From assembly GCA_012862495.1 (NCBI GenBank), contig BLSG01000197.1, positions 124,591 to 188,590 on the forward strand: a stretch of DNA of 64,000 nucleotides, read 5' to 3'. The notes under the pieces are model-generated. The model made no database searches. It worked only from the letters and a program-made list of their open reading frames with translations, and had not been told where the DNA came from. A program made the position numbers and the translations under genes. The stretch is from Thraustochytrium aureum. Taxonomy: Eukaryota. How positions within the stretch are numbered: the stretch's first letter is position 1; every line of letters starts with the position of its first letter. Shown one piece after another: positions 24,464-36,925 of the stretch.

Positions 24464-27400
24464 ATGTCTGTTCCCAGCGATTGCGTGTTCGGCCTGGTCT
24501 CTGGGCCGCACGAGGCTGTGAGCGCCACGGTGCTGGGCGACTCTGAGGAAATCGTCCTCAATGGCGCTTCCGGCGCGGCCAAGCTCCGGATAGCGCTCGA
24601 AGAAATTGAGCTCGTCTACGTCGAGGACGACCGCTCCGTGGGGCTTGAGCTCAAGTCGGGCGAGCGCTGCGAGTTCACGTTCGCAGACGAGGAGCTCGAG
24701 CTTTTCATCGACCGCGTCTTTCACGTTCGTCCGAGCCTCGTCGAGTTGGTGAAATGGGAAGGCAAGGACAGCGACGATGTCAAGCGGCGCGCCATGTCAC
24801 ATCAGAGCGAGGCCCCTGAACTCCTCGGTGCAATCAGTGAGAACGAGGACCATGGTGAGCACGACACCGACGACTCGTCTGAAAACGGCCACGACGACAA
24901 CGAAGAANNNNNNNNNNNNNNNNNNNNNNNNNNNNNNNNNNNNNNNNNNNNNNNNNNNNNNNNNNNNNNNNNNNNNNNNNNNNNNNNNNNNNNNNNNNNN
25001 NNNNNNNNNNNNNNNNNNNNNNNNNNNNNNNNNNNNNNNNNNNNNNNNNNNNNNNNNNNNNNNNNNNNNNNNNNNNNNNNNNNNNNNNNNNNNNNNNNNN
25101 NNNNNNNNNNNNNNNNNNNNNNNNNNNNNNNNNNNGACCGCGACGACGTGGGCAACAAGAGTCGCACCCCACGCTCAGAATCCTCAAGAGCCGATCGAGG
25201 CGCTGCGAAGCGGGCAGAGAAACGGTCCACGTCCCCATCCGCCAGGAGCCGCCGTTCAGACACCCACCTGTCAAGTAGGCGCGCAAGCCTCCCAGACGTG
25301 GGGGACCGGCGGCGTCTCTCCCGCAAAGCGTCCAAGAAACGCAACATCCTCAAGGCGCTCGACAGCACTGACTGGCTGCAGTTTGCTGTGACTCGTTACA
25401 ACAGGTTCGGGCAGCCCGAGCCGTGCATGGCGCTCATTGCAAACAAGCTCGAGATGATCCAGCTAGTCAGCATGAACACGGGTGACCCGATCGGGTCGTA
25501 CCGCATCAACGAGATCGCCGAGTGTCTCGACCACGGGACAGGAGCGGTCAGCCTCAAGGTCAAGTGGGACCCCCAGTTTAACGGCGACAGAAAATTCGGA
25601 CGGCTCTTCAATCTAGAAGAGCTACGCGAAGCTGGTGCCGCCGGACGCGCCGTCGGCGTCGGGCCCGTCGCCGACAGCAGCACCTTGCGCACGTCGACCA
25701 AACGCGCTGACCGGTACAGTTCGCGATTGTCGAAAACGCAGAGCATAGGAAACTCACGCCGCTCCGCGACGGGGCTGCTCAGCCTCATGCGGCAGCGTCG
25801 ATCCGCGACCGGCCGGTCTGAAATCGTGAGCGAGACGCTGGTTTGCGAGTCAGAGTCAGCGAGTGGCAAACTCATCCAAGCGCTAACTGCCATCGCCGGC
25901 CCTGTTATTCTTGCTCGGCGTGACACGCCGGCGGACACAAACATATTCAGCGGCGGATGGAGCATGTTCACAGGGTTTGTTCAAAACAAGCGCAAGCCGC
26001 GGATCTTGGCCACCAACCCGATGCTGGGCTGCTTGCTCATCTACAAGGCCAAGATGGCACCATTTGGCGTGCTCAGCGATGATGCGGAGCCCGAGCTGGT
26101 GGCCCGCTTTGTATCGCCGATAGTCAAGGCCAAGTCGCTCCCCAAAAAGGGCCTCGCCGCGCTCGTGATCGAGTTCCAGGGCACCGGGTTCGCCTTGCAA
26201 GAGCTCAGTATCCCGCGGCACGGCTCCTTCGATGCCTTCAAAGCTGGCATTTTGTCGCGTACCGGCGACTTTTGGAGGTTCCCGTCGCTCATGCTCGACA
26301 AGGCTGACATCAACCCGTCGCTTGTGCATGTGCACAGGGTCGTCCTCGACCTTGTGTCTGCGAGCGAGGCCCTGAGGCTCGAGGCCTGTCTCACGTCTCT
26401 CGGGCAGCTTGCGAACGATTGGGAAGCAGGAAAGGCGCGCGCTGTCCAGCACAGCTCGGTCTGGCAGGAAGAACCGCAGAGCCGCGCCGCTGCCAAGAAG
26501 GCGGCCAAGGCGGCCAAAAAAGCGGCCAAGCAAGCCGCGCGGCACAACCGCCGTCGAAAGAGCAGCTTTGCGGCCCGGTTGCTGAGTTCGAAGAAACCTG
26601 GCGAGCTCACTGCGAAGGCCCTTGGGACCGACACCGACGCCTTTCGCGCCTTGCTTCCTTCCGTTGCGACCTTGAGTGGCGCTCGCCTGCAGCAAGCCTT
26701 GTGGGGCGGCCTCGGGAATGCGTTCTCGAGCCGGCAACGCATCTTCGTAGGCTCGTTCAATGTGGGCGACGCGGCAGCGCCGTCGCAGGGGCTACTGGAG
26801 CTGTGGATCCCCAACCCGAATGATGAGGCGCCGCCCCTGGCCAAACTGCGCAGCAAGTACGCCAGATCTGGGACAGGGGCCCAGGGAACGTATTCCATCT
26901 ACGCTATCGGTCTCCAGGAGGTCTCCACCAGGTTCGAGGAGTGGGCGAAAGCGCTGACTGCGCATTTTGGCGATAGTTTCCGGTGTGCCGTGTCCGCGCG
27001 GCTCTGGGAAATCGGCCTGCTCGTGTTCGTTCACGTCGACGAGCTCCCCTACGTGAGCCACGTCACTGTCGGCGCAGAGAAGACGGGGATCCGCATTGCC
27101 ACGTCCGTAACCGGAGTGCAACTCGGCAACAAGGGTGGTGTCGGCGTGGGCTTTCGCTGGCGCGACGTCTCGATGTGCTTTGTGAACGCGCACCTTTCCG
27201 CGCAGCAGAACAAGGTCGCAGAGCGCAACCTCAACTACAGTCAGATCATGCAAAAGCTCGAGCTGGACAGCACACCGTCTCGCGTCGACGTTGGCGCAGC
27301 GGCCCGCGCCGAGCCCACACACGGCTTTGAGCACGTCTTCTTCCTCGGCGACCTCAACTATCGCGTCAACCTGGAGTTCAAAGAAGCCGAGAAGGCCATC

Positions 27401-29360
27401 GAGCAAACAAACTGGTCGTTTTTGCACGAGCACGACCAGCTTGACAAGGAGATGCTTGCCGGGCGAGCCTTTTTCGGGTTCAAAACGGAGGCGCCGATGT
27501 TCGCTCCAACCTATCGCTGGAAGCGCGGCCGGCGTGAGCTCAGCAACAAAAAGGACCAGCCGCCGTCTTACACGGATCGCGTGTTGTGGCACTCGCAGCC
27601 CGGCAGCGAGGGCGCCCTCGAGCTTGAGACGTACGGGTGCGCCGGAGACCTAATNNNNNNNNNNNNNNNNNNNNNNNNNNNNNNNNNNNNNNNNNNNNNN
27701 NNNNNNNNNNNNNNNNNNNNNNNNNNNNNNNNNNNNNNNNNNNNNNNNNNNNNNNNNNNNNNNNNNNNNNNNNNNNNNNNNNNNNNNNNNNNNNNNNNNN
27801 NNNNNNNNNNNNNNNNNNNNNNNNNNNNNNNNNNNNNNNNNNNNNNNNNNNNNNNNNNNNNNNNNNNNNNNNNNGAGTCCTACAGAGGCGCTCCTCCCTG
27901 GCGCCCCAGAGCTGAGCATCAAGTACGTCACGGTGCACCTTTTCGCCCGCCCGGACCGCCGACTCCCTCCGTGGTTGCGTCTTCAAGTGGCGTCTGCCGT
28001 CCTAGACCAGCCCGTGCTCTCGACGTTCGCACCGGGCTCGGAAAGCAGCCCCGAGGCGCGCCAAACCCGCATCGAGCGCTTTGCGTACGAAGGCACTGGG
28101 CAGAGGTCAGATCTGTACTACTCTCTGGATCGGGATTTGGGTCTGCCCAAGGTTGTTCCCATGCTCTGGGACCCGGTCTTCCTCCGAGAGCGCGCCCTGA
28201 TTGTTCACATCTTTCCGGCTGCTCCGAAGGAGGAGACGGTGTTGTCCTTGTCGCATGCGCGTTCAGGCCGCGCTGTCCAGGCCCTCGATCCGACAGCGGC
28301 CGGTGGGCAAATGGGAATGGCGAGTGGCCCGGGAGGATGGCCGTCGACTTATCCGACCGACGAGGACGAAGCCAGCCAGGAGCAGTTCGGAAGCGGGCGG
28401 GAGCCTCGTTCGGCCCAAACCAACAATGCAACGCTGAGCGGCAAGGTGGCCAGTGTCGGCGGCCAGGCCTCGATCTCGCTTCGGCACGCCGTTGCAGCCG
28501 TTGCAAACATGGTCGCTTCCAACGGTCTCGTGGGGTGGTCGCGCTCGCGGCCCCTCGCGGTGCCCTTCACTGAGCCAATCGTTTTTGCCGGCGTCCAGAT
28601 TGGGCGGATCTCCGGCGAGCTTGCACTCGTCCCACCTGCTGCAATGGCAAGCGGCACGTTGCAAAAGGCTGTCGAGGACCTGCTGGACCAGGAGGCGCTT
28701 GAGGACTCCCGAAAGGTGCTCCGCTACGGTTGGCTTAACGTTGCCACCTGCAGAAAGCGCCGTGTCTCGAGAGCGCGTGCTCACGCTGTTCTTACCGAGT
28801 GCGGCGCCCTCGCACTCTTTTCCGAGCGCGACGCGGAGGAGAAGAAGTCGACGACGCTGCGCCGCAACCTCCTGTACAAGCTCAGTCTTGGGTCGGCCAA
28901 GCTGACGGAGGTCCTCGAAGCCGAGCTCACGTTTCGCCTCGCGGGGTGCCGTCGCGCCGGCACGAAAGACGAAGTCGACATGATTTTCACTTGCGACTCT
29001 CGCGCAGACCTGTTGTCGTGGGTGGACGCTTGTGAGCTCGCCATTCTACGCGCCCCCGAGCTCGCCAAGGGCAATGCCGACTCGGAGGACGACGACCAAG
29101 CCGCTCACGACGACATCGCGCTCGCGAGCGTTTCTGATCGAGGCGAGAGCTCTGAGCCACCGGCCCATGCGGCTCCAGGAGCAAAAGCTGCGCCGCTCCA
29201 GGAGAGCCCAGAGGCCAACGAGGCAAACCCTTTTGCGGACGTGCTGTCTGCAGCAGCCCGCATCGTATCCAAGACTACAGCCTCGAGGCAGAGGCGCTCT
29301 GAGCGCAACCTGGCCGCGCAGCCAATGAGACGGCACGGTTCGGACGACAACATTATTTAG
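24464..29360 (+). CDS. Large inositol polyphosphate 5-phosphatase with a C-terminal PH-like domain (two N gaps)
   Basis: IPPc motifs IFVGSFNVG, YAIGLQEV, GNKGGVGVGF, FVNAHLSA, FFLGDLNYRV and PPSYTDRVLW. After the gap the 27933 frame gives a C2-like segment and a PH-like end (RYGWLNV...LLSWVDACELAI), with the stop at 29360. Confidence 0.88.
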
Positions 29361-29457
29361 TCGGGCGTAGGCGCCCTTTCCGATCGCTTTCCAACAACAA
29401 AAACCATGTTCATGTTCATCTGTGGCCAAACACCAGAGTTGCGCGCTGAGAGCGCGC

Positions 29458-31551
29458 TTAATTAAACTTAGCGATGCGGCTTCGGCTTGTGCACCGCTGC
29501 GTGCGCTTCGGACCGGCGCCGACTGATTTCGCTGCAATCACAGCCACCGTTGCGCCAGTTTCCCCCTCGGCGCCGAGTCGGGCCGCAACACAGACGGGCG
29601 GCACTCGCCTAACTGCGAGCGAGTTGTTGAGCAGAACGTTGCGCGCAAAGTCTAGGCCATCCACAAAGATCGTCAGCGCGACCTCGCCGGTCATCCCCAG
29701 GCACTGAGGCTCGATCCGAAACGGCCCGCTCTGGTTGAGCAGCGCCATGTCGTGCTGGAAGCGCGTGGGGTGGGCGGCTGGGTCGCGCAAGAGGAAGGCG
29801 TCGACTGGTAAAGCACCATCCACGGAAACGGCAGCCCCAGCATCCAGAACAAACGCCCATGTTTTGGGCCCCGTGCTCTCAAATGGTGCGTCACGAGGCT
29901 CGTTGACTGGAAGCGCGCAGTCCGCGCCCCGCCACTTGGCCTGGCACGCGCACTTGCCGGCTTCCAACGCGCAAACCCCATGCCCAGAGCAACGCCCCAT
30001 TGCAGCACACTGCGCACTGGCGAGACTGCAGCCGTCCGAGCTGCGACATATCAGTTTGCCATGCGTGACCATGTCTTGCAGAATGGCCAAGGCCACGGGG
30101 AGGTTGTTTGCTGGCACAAAGTGGCCAGCCTTCGGAACCGTCAGCCACTGCAGGCGCGCGTCCGCGTGAGAGCGGAGCCAGCCCCCAACGGTTCCATCTT
30201 GCAGAACGTATTTGGTGCGGGGGGCGGACCAGAATGCGGCGGCTCCATCGAAGGCGATGGCTCGAAGCCAGGCCTCCTGCCCTACCGGGCCGTCCTTGGC
30301 GTCAAACTGACCCGCATAAACCAAAATAGGAACTCGGTCAGGGTCCGCAAGGAGCGTTTCGTATACGTGCGAGTAATCGCGCACGTTGTCGAGCGTAAGG
30401 CCGGCTTTCACTTGCGGGGAACTGAGCGCAAACGCAGGCACCTTGGGCGAGCCTTGCATGTGGAGCGCTGCAAGAATGCGGCCTCGCTGCGCGCTCCGAA
30501 GAAACAAGTCGGTGATGGCGGCCTCCTGCGGCGCCCATTCGCTGCGGAACATGCGCATGTCGTAGGGAAGGATGTCGCCCGCCACTTGCGTGATGTAGTC
30601 GATGATTTCCACGCAGGCCTCTTCCGACCCAGAGAGTTGCGTCGCGAACAAGCTCTCCTGGCAGCGGCGCTCGAGCGCCGCCACTTGGTGAAGCTGCTCC
30701 TGGTCCAGCATGTTGAGTGCTGCTGGGATGACGTGCATTCGCACCCGCTGTCGCAGCGGCGACACCAAGGGGTCGCCCACTAGCATACCCGCCACGTCGA
30801 TGCGTTCCGAATCGTCTCGTGCCCGGTTCGCGGTCAGAACGGCTTGCAGGTACACTGCATTCATCTTGCCTGCGTAGCTCTCTCCGGTGATGAACACTTT
30901 GCTGCCCCTGAGCCAAGGGTGGAGACGAAACAGGCCTCGAAGGAAAGACAAAAAGTGTTCTGCGGCCTTTTCCAGGTTGCTCACGGGCTCGCTGCCGTAG
31001 GACAGCCCTGTGCCGACGGGCTGGTCCAGGAACACAACGTTGGCGACATCCGCCCATGAGGCGTTGCGCGGCAGAATCGCAAAGTCATCCTCTCGTGGTC
31101 CCGTGCGCTCGATGAACAGGGGCCCATGCATTGCAAAGTTGGCCAAGCTCGACGAAGTCCCGGGCCCACCTTGCAACCAAATCGCAAGCGGCGCGCCTGG
31201 GCCGCGCTGCGCGTGCAACCAGTAAAACAGCGTCGCGCCGGCATCGTCCACGGGAACCGGTCCCGCAAACATGCACGGCAGCTCGCCGGCGCCGCGCCAG
31301 TACGGCAAGCTCTGCACCCGATGCTCGCTCTCCGGGCAAGCATTGCTCGTCGCGGCCAGCCCCCAGCTGCGTTGCTGCAGCCCAGCAAGCAGCGCCACAA
31401 GCCACGCAGCAGAGCATTGCGGCCCCACGCGCGTCCCGCGCCCATTGCCGACGCGCAGCGCTNNNNNNNNNNNNNNNNNNNNNNNNNNNNNNNNNNNNNN
31501 NNNNNNNNNNNNNNNNNNNNNNNNNNNNNNNNNNNNNNNNAGCCTTGTCAT
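29458..31551 (-). CDS. Serine carboxypeptidase (peptidase S10) with a C-terminal EGF-like module
   Basis: WLQGGPGTSS, FLDQPVGTGLSY, catalytic GESYAG, Asp region YAGQFDAKD and catalytic His AGHFVP. EGF-like CSGHGVC...CACQAKWRGADC. The 5' end is obscured by a gap. Confidence 0.9.
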   Translation of the reverse strand: MTRXXXXXXXXXXXXXXXXXXXXXXXXXXXALRVGNGRGTRVGPQCSAAWLVALLAGLQQRSWGLAATSNACPESEHRVQSLPYWRGAGELPCMFAGPVPVDDAGATLFYWLHAQRGPGAPLAIWLQGGPGTSSSLANFAMHGPLFIERTGPREDDFAILPRNASWADVANVVFLDQPVGTGLSYGSEPVSNLEKAAEHFLSFLRGLFRLHPWLRGSKVFITGESYAGKMNAVYLQAVLTANRARDDSERIDVAGMLVGDPLVSPLRQRVRMHVIPAALNMLDQEQLHQVAALERRCQESLFATQLSGSEEACVEIIDYITQVAGDILPYDMRMFRSEWAPQEAAITDLFLRSAQRGRILAALHMQGSPKVPAFALSSPQVKAGLTLDNVRDYSHVYETLLADPDRVPILVYAGQFDAKDGPVGQEAWLRAIAFDGAAAFWSAPRTKYVLQDGTVGGWLRSHADARLQWLTVPKAGHFVPANNLPVALAILQDMVTHGKLICRSSDGCSLASAQCAAMGRCSGHGVCALEAGKCACQAKWRGADCALPVNEPRDAPFESTGPKTWAFVLDAGAAVSVDGALPVDAFLLRDPAAHPTRFQHDMALLNQSGPFRIEPQCLGMTGEVALTIFVDGLDFARNVLLNNSLAVRRVPPVCVAARLGAEGETGATVAVIAAKSVGAGPKRTQRCTSRSRIAKFN

Positions 31552-31840
31552 GCTAGTACATGTACCACAAGTCGCGCTCGATCAAGTCCACCTACTGCGC
31601 GGCTCCCAGCCAGCCAGGGCAGGCAGGCGTGGAGTGCGCCTTGAGCATTCGCCGGTGCGCGAGCCTGGCGCCGGACGGCCTTTGCCACTCTCGCCGTCAA
31701 GATGAAGGAGGGAGGGTTGGAAGGGAGAGGACGAAGGAAAGGCAAAAAGCGCAAGTCTGTTGGCATGAGGGCGAGGCGGGCCGCACCGCGGGCTTGTCGG
31801 GCCCGCCGCGGCTTCGTCGGCCCCACCTCGGCCTCATCGC

Positions 31841-31902
31841 GTCACACGTAGAGGTCCCATTCTAATGGTCACACGTAGAGGTCCCTTCTGATGGTCACAC
31901 GT
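31841..31902. repeat. ~27-bp direct repeat x2.3 overlapping the myotubularin stop codon
   Basis: gtcacacgtagaggtcccattctaatg / gtcacacgtagaggtcccttctgatg / gtcacacgt. Confidence 0.85.
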
Positions 31903-34370
31903 CCACCTCGTCGTCCACAATGTCGACCTTGGCAAAGTCGTCGTCTTGCTGCGGGTCGCCGGCGGGAGCTGCCAGCGCCTCGCCCAGTTCAGCAGCGAGG
32001 GCCTTTGCGCGCTGCGCCTCCGGCTCTGCGCTGCTGGCCGCCTCTTTGTCGGGCCCGCCCATCGTCAAAGCTGTGACCGAGCTGCGGAGTGCCACGATCT
32101 TTGCCTCGAGCTGTGCAATCTTGTTGCGCGTCTCTCGCACCTCATGCTCAAGCACAGCCTTTGCGTCTGGGAGGTCGTAGCGGACCTCAGCACGCAAGTG
32201 CGAAAAAGCTTGACATGTGAGCGACGGCTGGCTCGCAAACCGCAGGTAGTAAGCAGACCACAGCACCACCTGGCGGTTCACCGCTGAGGGGTGCGGAAGA
32301 AGCGGCTTGGGCTCGGCAGACACGTCGAAAAGCAGGTTGGTAAAGAGCGAAACGTTTGCGTCCACGTGGTCCCAGAGACTCACCGTCTTCTGGTGGACTG
32401 CGTGCTCTGCCCGGCGCTCGCGCTCGCAGTCGTACAAGAACGTGCCGAACTTGCACGAATAAAGGTGCTCCAGAATGCACAGCAAAAAGGCCTCATTGAA
32501 CTCGAACATGGTCGGGAACTGGCTCAAGAGCTGCCAGACGCAGTCGATGAACTGCAAAAAGCAGGGCGACCGCTCGTCTCCGCCAGCGTCAGATCCGTGG
32601 CCAGTTCGCTGCATAAACTTGTACCCAAACGAGAGCCAATCCTTCTCCACGACGACCTGAAACCCCTTGATCGTTCGAAAGAAAGGGTCCACGAGCATTT
32701 GGCCGAGAGCAACGACCTGCGAGGTCCGGTCCCAGCCGTCTGAGCAGTGCACCAGGACTGGAAAGCCGTTGTAGGCCACAAATCGGGCTACAAGGAGCGA
32801 AGCATTGAGGATGGCGCGCAAATGGTTGAGCCAGCCCGTGGCCTCTACAGCCCCGAGCCACCCATGGCCCGGTGAGCCGCCCCCGCCGGTGGCACTTCCG
32901 CCGCTACTCTGCGAGCAGACCAGGGCCAGGAGCTTGTCGTACGACGAGCGCGTCACGTGGATGTTTTGGATGTTGAGGAACGAGATCGAGGTCCGCTCGT
33001 ACCGCATCTCGTCTTCGTACCCCATGCCCTTTGCTTTATTGCCAAGCGCGTTCTTGAAGGGGCGGCAGTCCACGATTCGCGCGTGCGAGCTGTTGGCCCG
33101 CGACAGCACGCTCGCCCAAAGCAGCTCGTCCTGGCGGCACGTGTTGCCAATGCCCACTTTGGGCTGGCTGCTTCGCCAGATCGTGGCGTTGTTTGGCCGA
33201 TAAAAGTAGGAGAGTGCTGGGATGCGCGCCTTGCTGCGGAAAGCGCCGACGCCTTGGAGGTCGTCGTCTGTCACCGTCCTCGGCATCGCGAGGAGCCGCG
33301 GGTAACTTGGGCAGAAGCGGTAGTCCATGTTGACTTCTGATACGCGCCAGGTATCCGAGAGCGCCACTTCGCGCTCTGATGAGAAAAGGCCTTCCCGAAT
33401 CCACTCTTGGATGGGGTCAAACACGGCCCAACCGGGCGTCGGGGCGGGCTTGGCCTTGAGGTGCGCCTTGCCGTACTCGATGGCGAAGAGCCACTGGAGG
33501 CCTTGGCCCTCGCTCAGCGGGAACGCCGACATGCGCACCAGATCGTGGACCTTGCAGGCGTCCGCCACCGAGGCGAACCTGAACTGGAGCTTTCGAAAGT
33601 CCTTGCAGACAATGTGAATCGTGAGCGAGTCCTTTCCGCGCCCGCCCACGACCTGGTTGCTCGCTACTCGAGACAGTTTTTCCACAGTACCGAGCGGCAC
33701 GTCGAAGAGGCCGCGGTCTTGGAACAGCCAGTGTCGGCTCTCCCCGCGTACTTGCGGGGCGGGGTCAAAGTGCAGCCGAAAATTCGTCACTCGGAGAGTC
33801 CCATTCACCTGATCCTGGTTGGGCGAAACATATGTAACGTTGCTGATGTTTACCAAGGCCTGCTCCGCCTCGCCGAGCTCGAGCGCTGAAGCCATGGATC
33901 CAGAACCGTGCTGCGAGCCCTTCGCGCCCTGCAATGTCGACGCCGCAGGGCGCCCGTTTTGCGGCGAGTCACGTCCGCCTCGCGCCTGCTGCGCTGGCGG
34001 CTTCGGCTCCGGTGCAAGCCTGCTCACGCTCGCGGGCCGCTCGGGCTGGAGGGGGCGGCGGCCGACGGAAGGCCTGCGCTGCGTCGCGGGCTTGAGCGCG
34101 GGGCGCTACCGCTTGGTTGACGTCCGTTGCGCCGCCCGGCTTCGCGCCGGGTGCCGGAGTGGCCTTCCTGGGTTGCGGGAAAGGCGGTGCGCCTCCATTC
34201 GAGGGCGCCGAGGCGAGCTGACGCATTCCAGGCGCGGCTACTGGCGGGGGACTCGTCTCGCCAGGTGGCTTTGCGAAAGGGTTGAAGCGCTCCTCCTGTT
34301 CGCTGTCCAGCAACGCTGAGAGGGGGTCCCAGTCCACATTCGTCCGCTCATCTTTCCGCCCCGAGGCCAT
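31895..34370 (-). CDS. Myotubularin-family phosphoinositide 3-phosphatase (active); frameshift at ~34030
   Basis: PH-GRAM (GTLRVTNFRLHF, IVCKDFRKLQFRF), CPSYP, FRSKARIPALSY, intact catalytic VHCSDGWDRT, ERSPCFLQFIDCVWQL and a C-terminal coiled coil. Likely start is MASGRKDERT at 34370 in the adjacent frame. Confidence 0.93.
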
Positions 34371-34787
34371 CGCGACGCGGACGACGACGGCCCACTTCGA
34401 CGGTGTATCTTTCGCCTCGTGCTGAATCTCTCGCCACCAACGCTCGCGTCCCGCGCCACGGCCCAAGCGCGCTCAAGTGCTCCGGAGAGAAGCAACGCAG
34501 GCGTGCGCGCGCGAATCACGCCGCCGCGCCGGCGCAGACAGGCGCGGGCGGTCTTGCGGGGCGCTGCAGCGTTTCTTCTGACGTGGTCAGTCTCGCGGCA
34601 CCCTCGAGCCGCCGCCAGCCGGCCGCCGCGCCGTCTCCAGAGGTACCCGCTCAACGCCGCGCCGTCCCTCGAAGGATCGCCCGCACGCACTTGCCCCAGA
34701 CGTGGCCTGTGCGCGCCACGCGTGCTATCGCGGGTTGGAGACTCCGCGGAGAAGATCAAACCAGATCTGTGACTGCCAGCGAGCGCC

Positions 34788-36376
34788 ATGGACGCTGTCT
34801 CGGGGACGACGGCGATGGGCACGAACGCCGTCGCGCAGGTGGCACTGCTCGGCAGCAGTGGCGGCGGGAGCGCCACATCAGGCCACACGGACCTCGTCGC
34901 GTTCGTCAGGGCGCTCGAGACTCAGCTGGGTCAAGGTGGGAAGNNNNNNNNNNNNNNNNNNNNNNNNNNNNNNNNNNNNNNNNNNNNNNNNNNNNNNNNN
35001 NNNNNNNNNNNNNNNNNNNNNNNNNNNAGCAGGATGCCGGGACGCTGGCAGAGATCAACGAGCGCGCAGCGGCCCTCGACGCGGACCTCGCAAGGCTTGT
35101 TCAGGCAGGGCAAATACATGCGCTCATCTGCATGAGCTCGGACGTGGATGGCGTGAACAAAAAGACGATAGATGCAGCCGTGGCGCTGCAGGTTCCCGTG
35201 GTTGGCACGGGCGGCTCCTCCATGTCCGCAATAGAGGCACGCGGGGCGAAGGTCGTTCGAGGCGGCGGATCCGTCGCGACAAGCCAGTTTACGCGCTCGG
35301 TCGCCTTCTCGCATGCGCTTTGCACTGCGTTTGGCAAGCCATTTGCGCCGGTGCTGAGCTCGCCCGGTGGCGCTGCGCAGCCGTCGGTCCGGTCAGTAAT
35401 GTGCTCGCTCCTCCCAGGGTTTTTGGCCGTGGCGTTCTTTCGCTGGACGATTGCAACGCTTGCGCCTGCGAGCCAGGCCGGGCAAGCCTTCCTGGCCGCT
35501 TCGTCGCGGCGGGCCTTGCCCATCCTCTGCAGCGCGGCCTTGGCTCAAGAGCGCGCTGGCCCGCTGGTAGGCGTGTCAGCCCTTGCTGGGGGCTTCGTCG
35601 GCGCGGTGCCGGCGACATCGCTTGCGGAGGGCGTCGTTTGTGGGCTCGTAGTTTGCTGGGCGCTACCTCGAGCTTTGGCCCGCCTTGTTTGCGCGGGGTT
35701 TCCTGCCACTGCAAGCTCTCTTTCCGCGACTGCGGCTGCCGCTTGCCTTGCGCTTGCAGTGGGATCTGCGGTGCGGCCTGCTGCGGAACCTGCGATGGAG
35801 TTGGCAAAGACGGCGCTTGGACAGATGGGGCCTGTGGTTGGCGCGCTCGCCGGGCTCTCGCTTTGCTACGGATGCCGAGCAGGCTTTTACCACAGTTTGG
35901 CGCTGCCCGTGATCCTGCTTGAGCTGGAGCACGGCGAATGGAGCGTCGTGGGGGCGCTCGATTTTTGCGTTCTTGTAATGGTGTCTGCGGGTGTTTGTTG
36001 CGCTGTGTGGCTCGCAAGCCCAAGCTCGGCTCAGCGCGCACTGGGCCGCCGCGGGGCGCTCACCAACATCCTGTTTGGCGATCTAGTCGAGGCGTGCTAC
36101 CCGTTTTGCGCCGCGGACGCCTGGGTGGACTGGAGCTGCCTCGCCGCTTCGTCTGTGGCTGGTGGGATTGTGGGCGGAAGCGGGTGCCGCTCTTTTGCCT
36201 ACATGCCAGCCCCGCTTTCGGTCCTCGTCGCGAGCGACCCGAGCGCCCTTGCCTTTGCGAGCGCGTTTGCCTTCACTTTGCCCTGCCTGGTTACCGCAGT
36301 TCGCGTTCGTGGAGGCCGTCTGACAACCTCGCGCGAAAGCGGCGCTCAGCGAGATGCCAAGCGGTCCAACGATTGA
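34788..36376 (+). CDS. Multi-pass membrane protein resembling the bacterial 'PTS sugar transporter' (EIIC-like) family
   Basis: Soluble N-domain VALLGSSGGG...EINERAAALDADLARLVQAGQIHALICMSSD...VPVVGTGGSSM, then ~8-10 hydrophobic helices with GFYHSLALPVILLELE, GALDFCVLVMVSAG and NILFGDLVEACYPF. Family recognised from remembered motifs only. Confidence 0.65.
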
Positions 36377-36589
36377 GAGTGGGCGACCAGGCTTGGAGTG
36401 CAGCCGCCGCAAGCCGCAGGCGCCCCTGGTGTGGCAGCCGCCGTTTGCGCGGCCAAGTTCTACCTCGCACATTCGCACGCGTGCAAGAAATAGACGTTCT
36501 TGATCAAGAAATGGCCCTCCTACCCTTCGTGATCGAGCCCACTGGTGGCTGCTGGGGCACGCAGGCTTTATCCGGCTATCTCCGGCTGC

Positions 36590-36890
36590 TCGCTCCACCA
36601 AGAGGTTGCGTGGTGCAACTATTTCGATCCGCGGGTGATCGATCGTCAACAAGATTGTCACGGACGTTCCGTGTCAACATCGCAAGGCCATTTATTCGTC
36701 AGGGTCTTCGCCATCTTCGGACTTTCGGTTGTCTGTCCGGTTCCTGAGGACGGGTCTAGGGGGCTCTTCCGCACGCCGGGCTCCGTCTCGCGCAGAGATG
36801 CCCCGTCCCTGGCCCCGCAAGGAGGCAGCTGAATTCCTCTCTCGAGAACTTCTTTTCCGTAGTTGACCCAGTAACACCGTGGACCATCTT
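36590..36890 (-). repeat. Degenerate dispersed repeat, copy 2 (inverted relative to copy 1)
   Basis: Its reverse complement matches 8380-8670 in collinear blocks. Confidence 0.75.
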
Positions 36891-36925
36891 GACCAAGAAA
36901 GAAAGAAAAGCATGTCGATTCTGTG

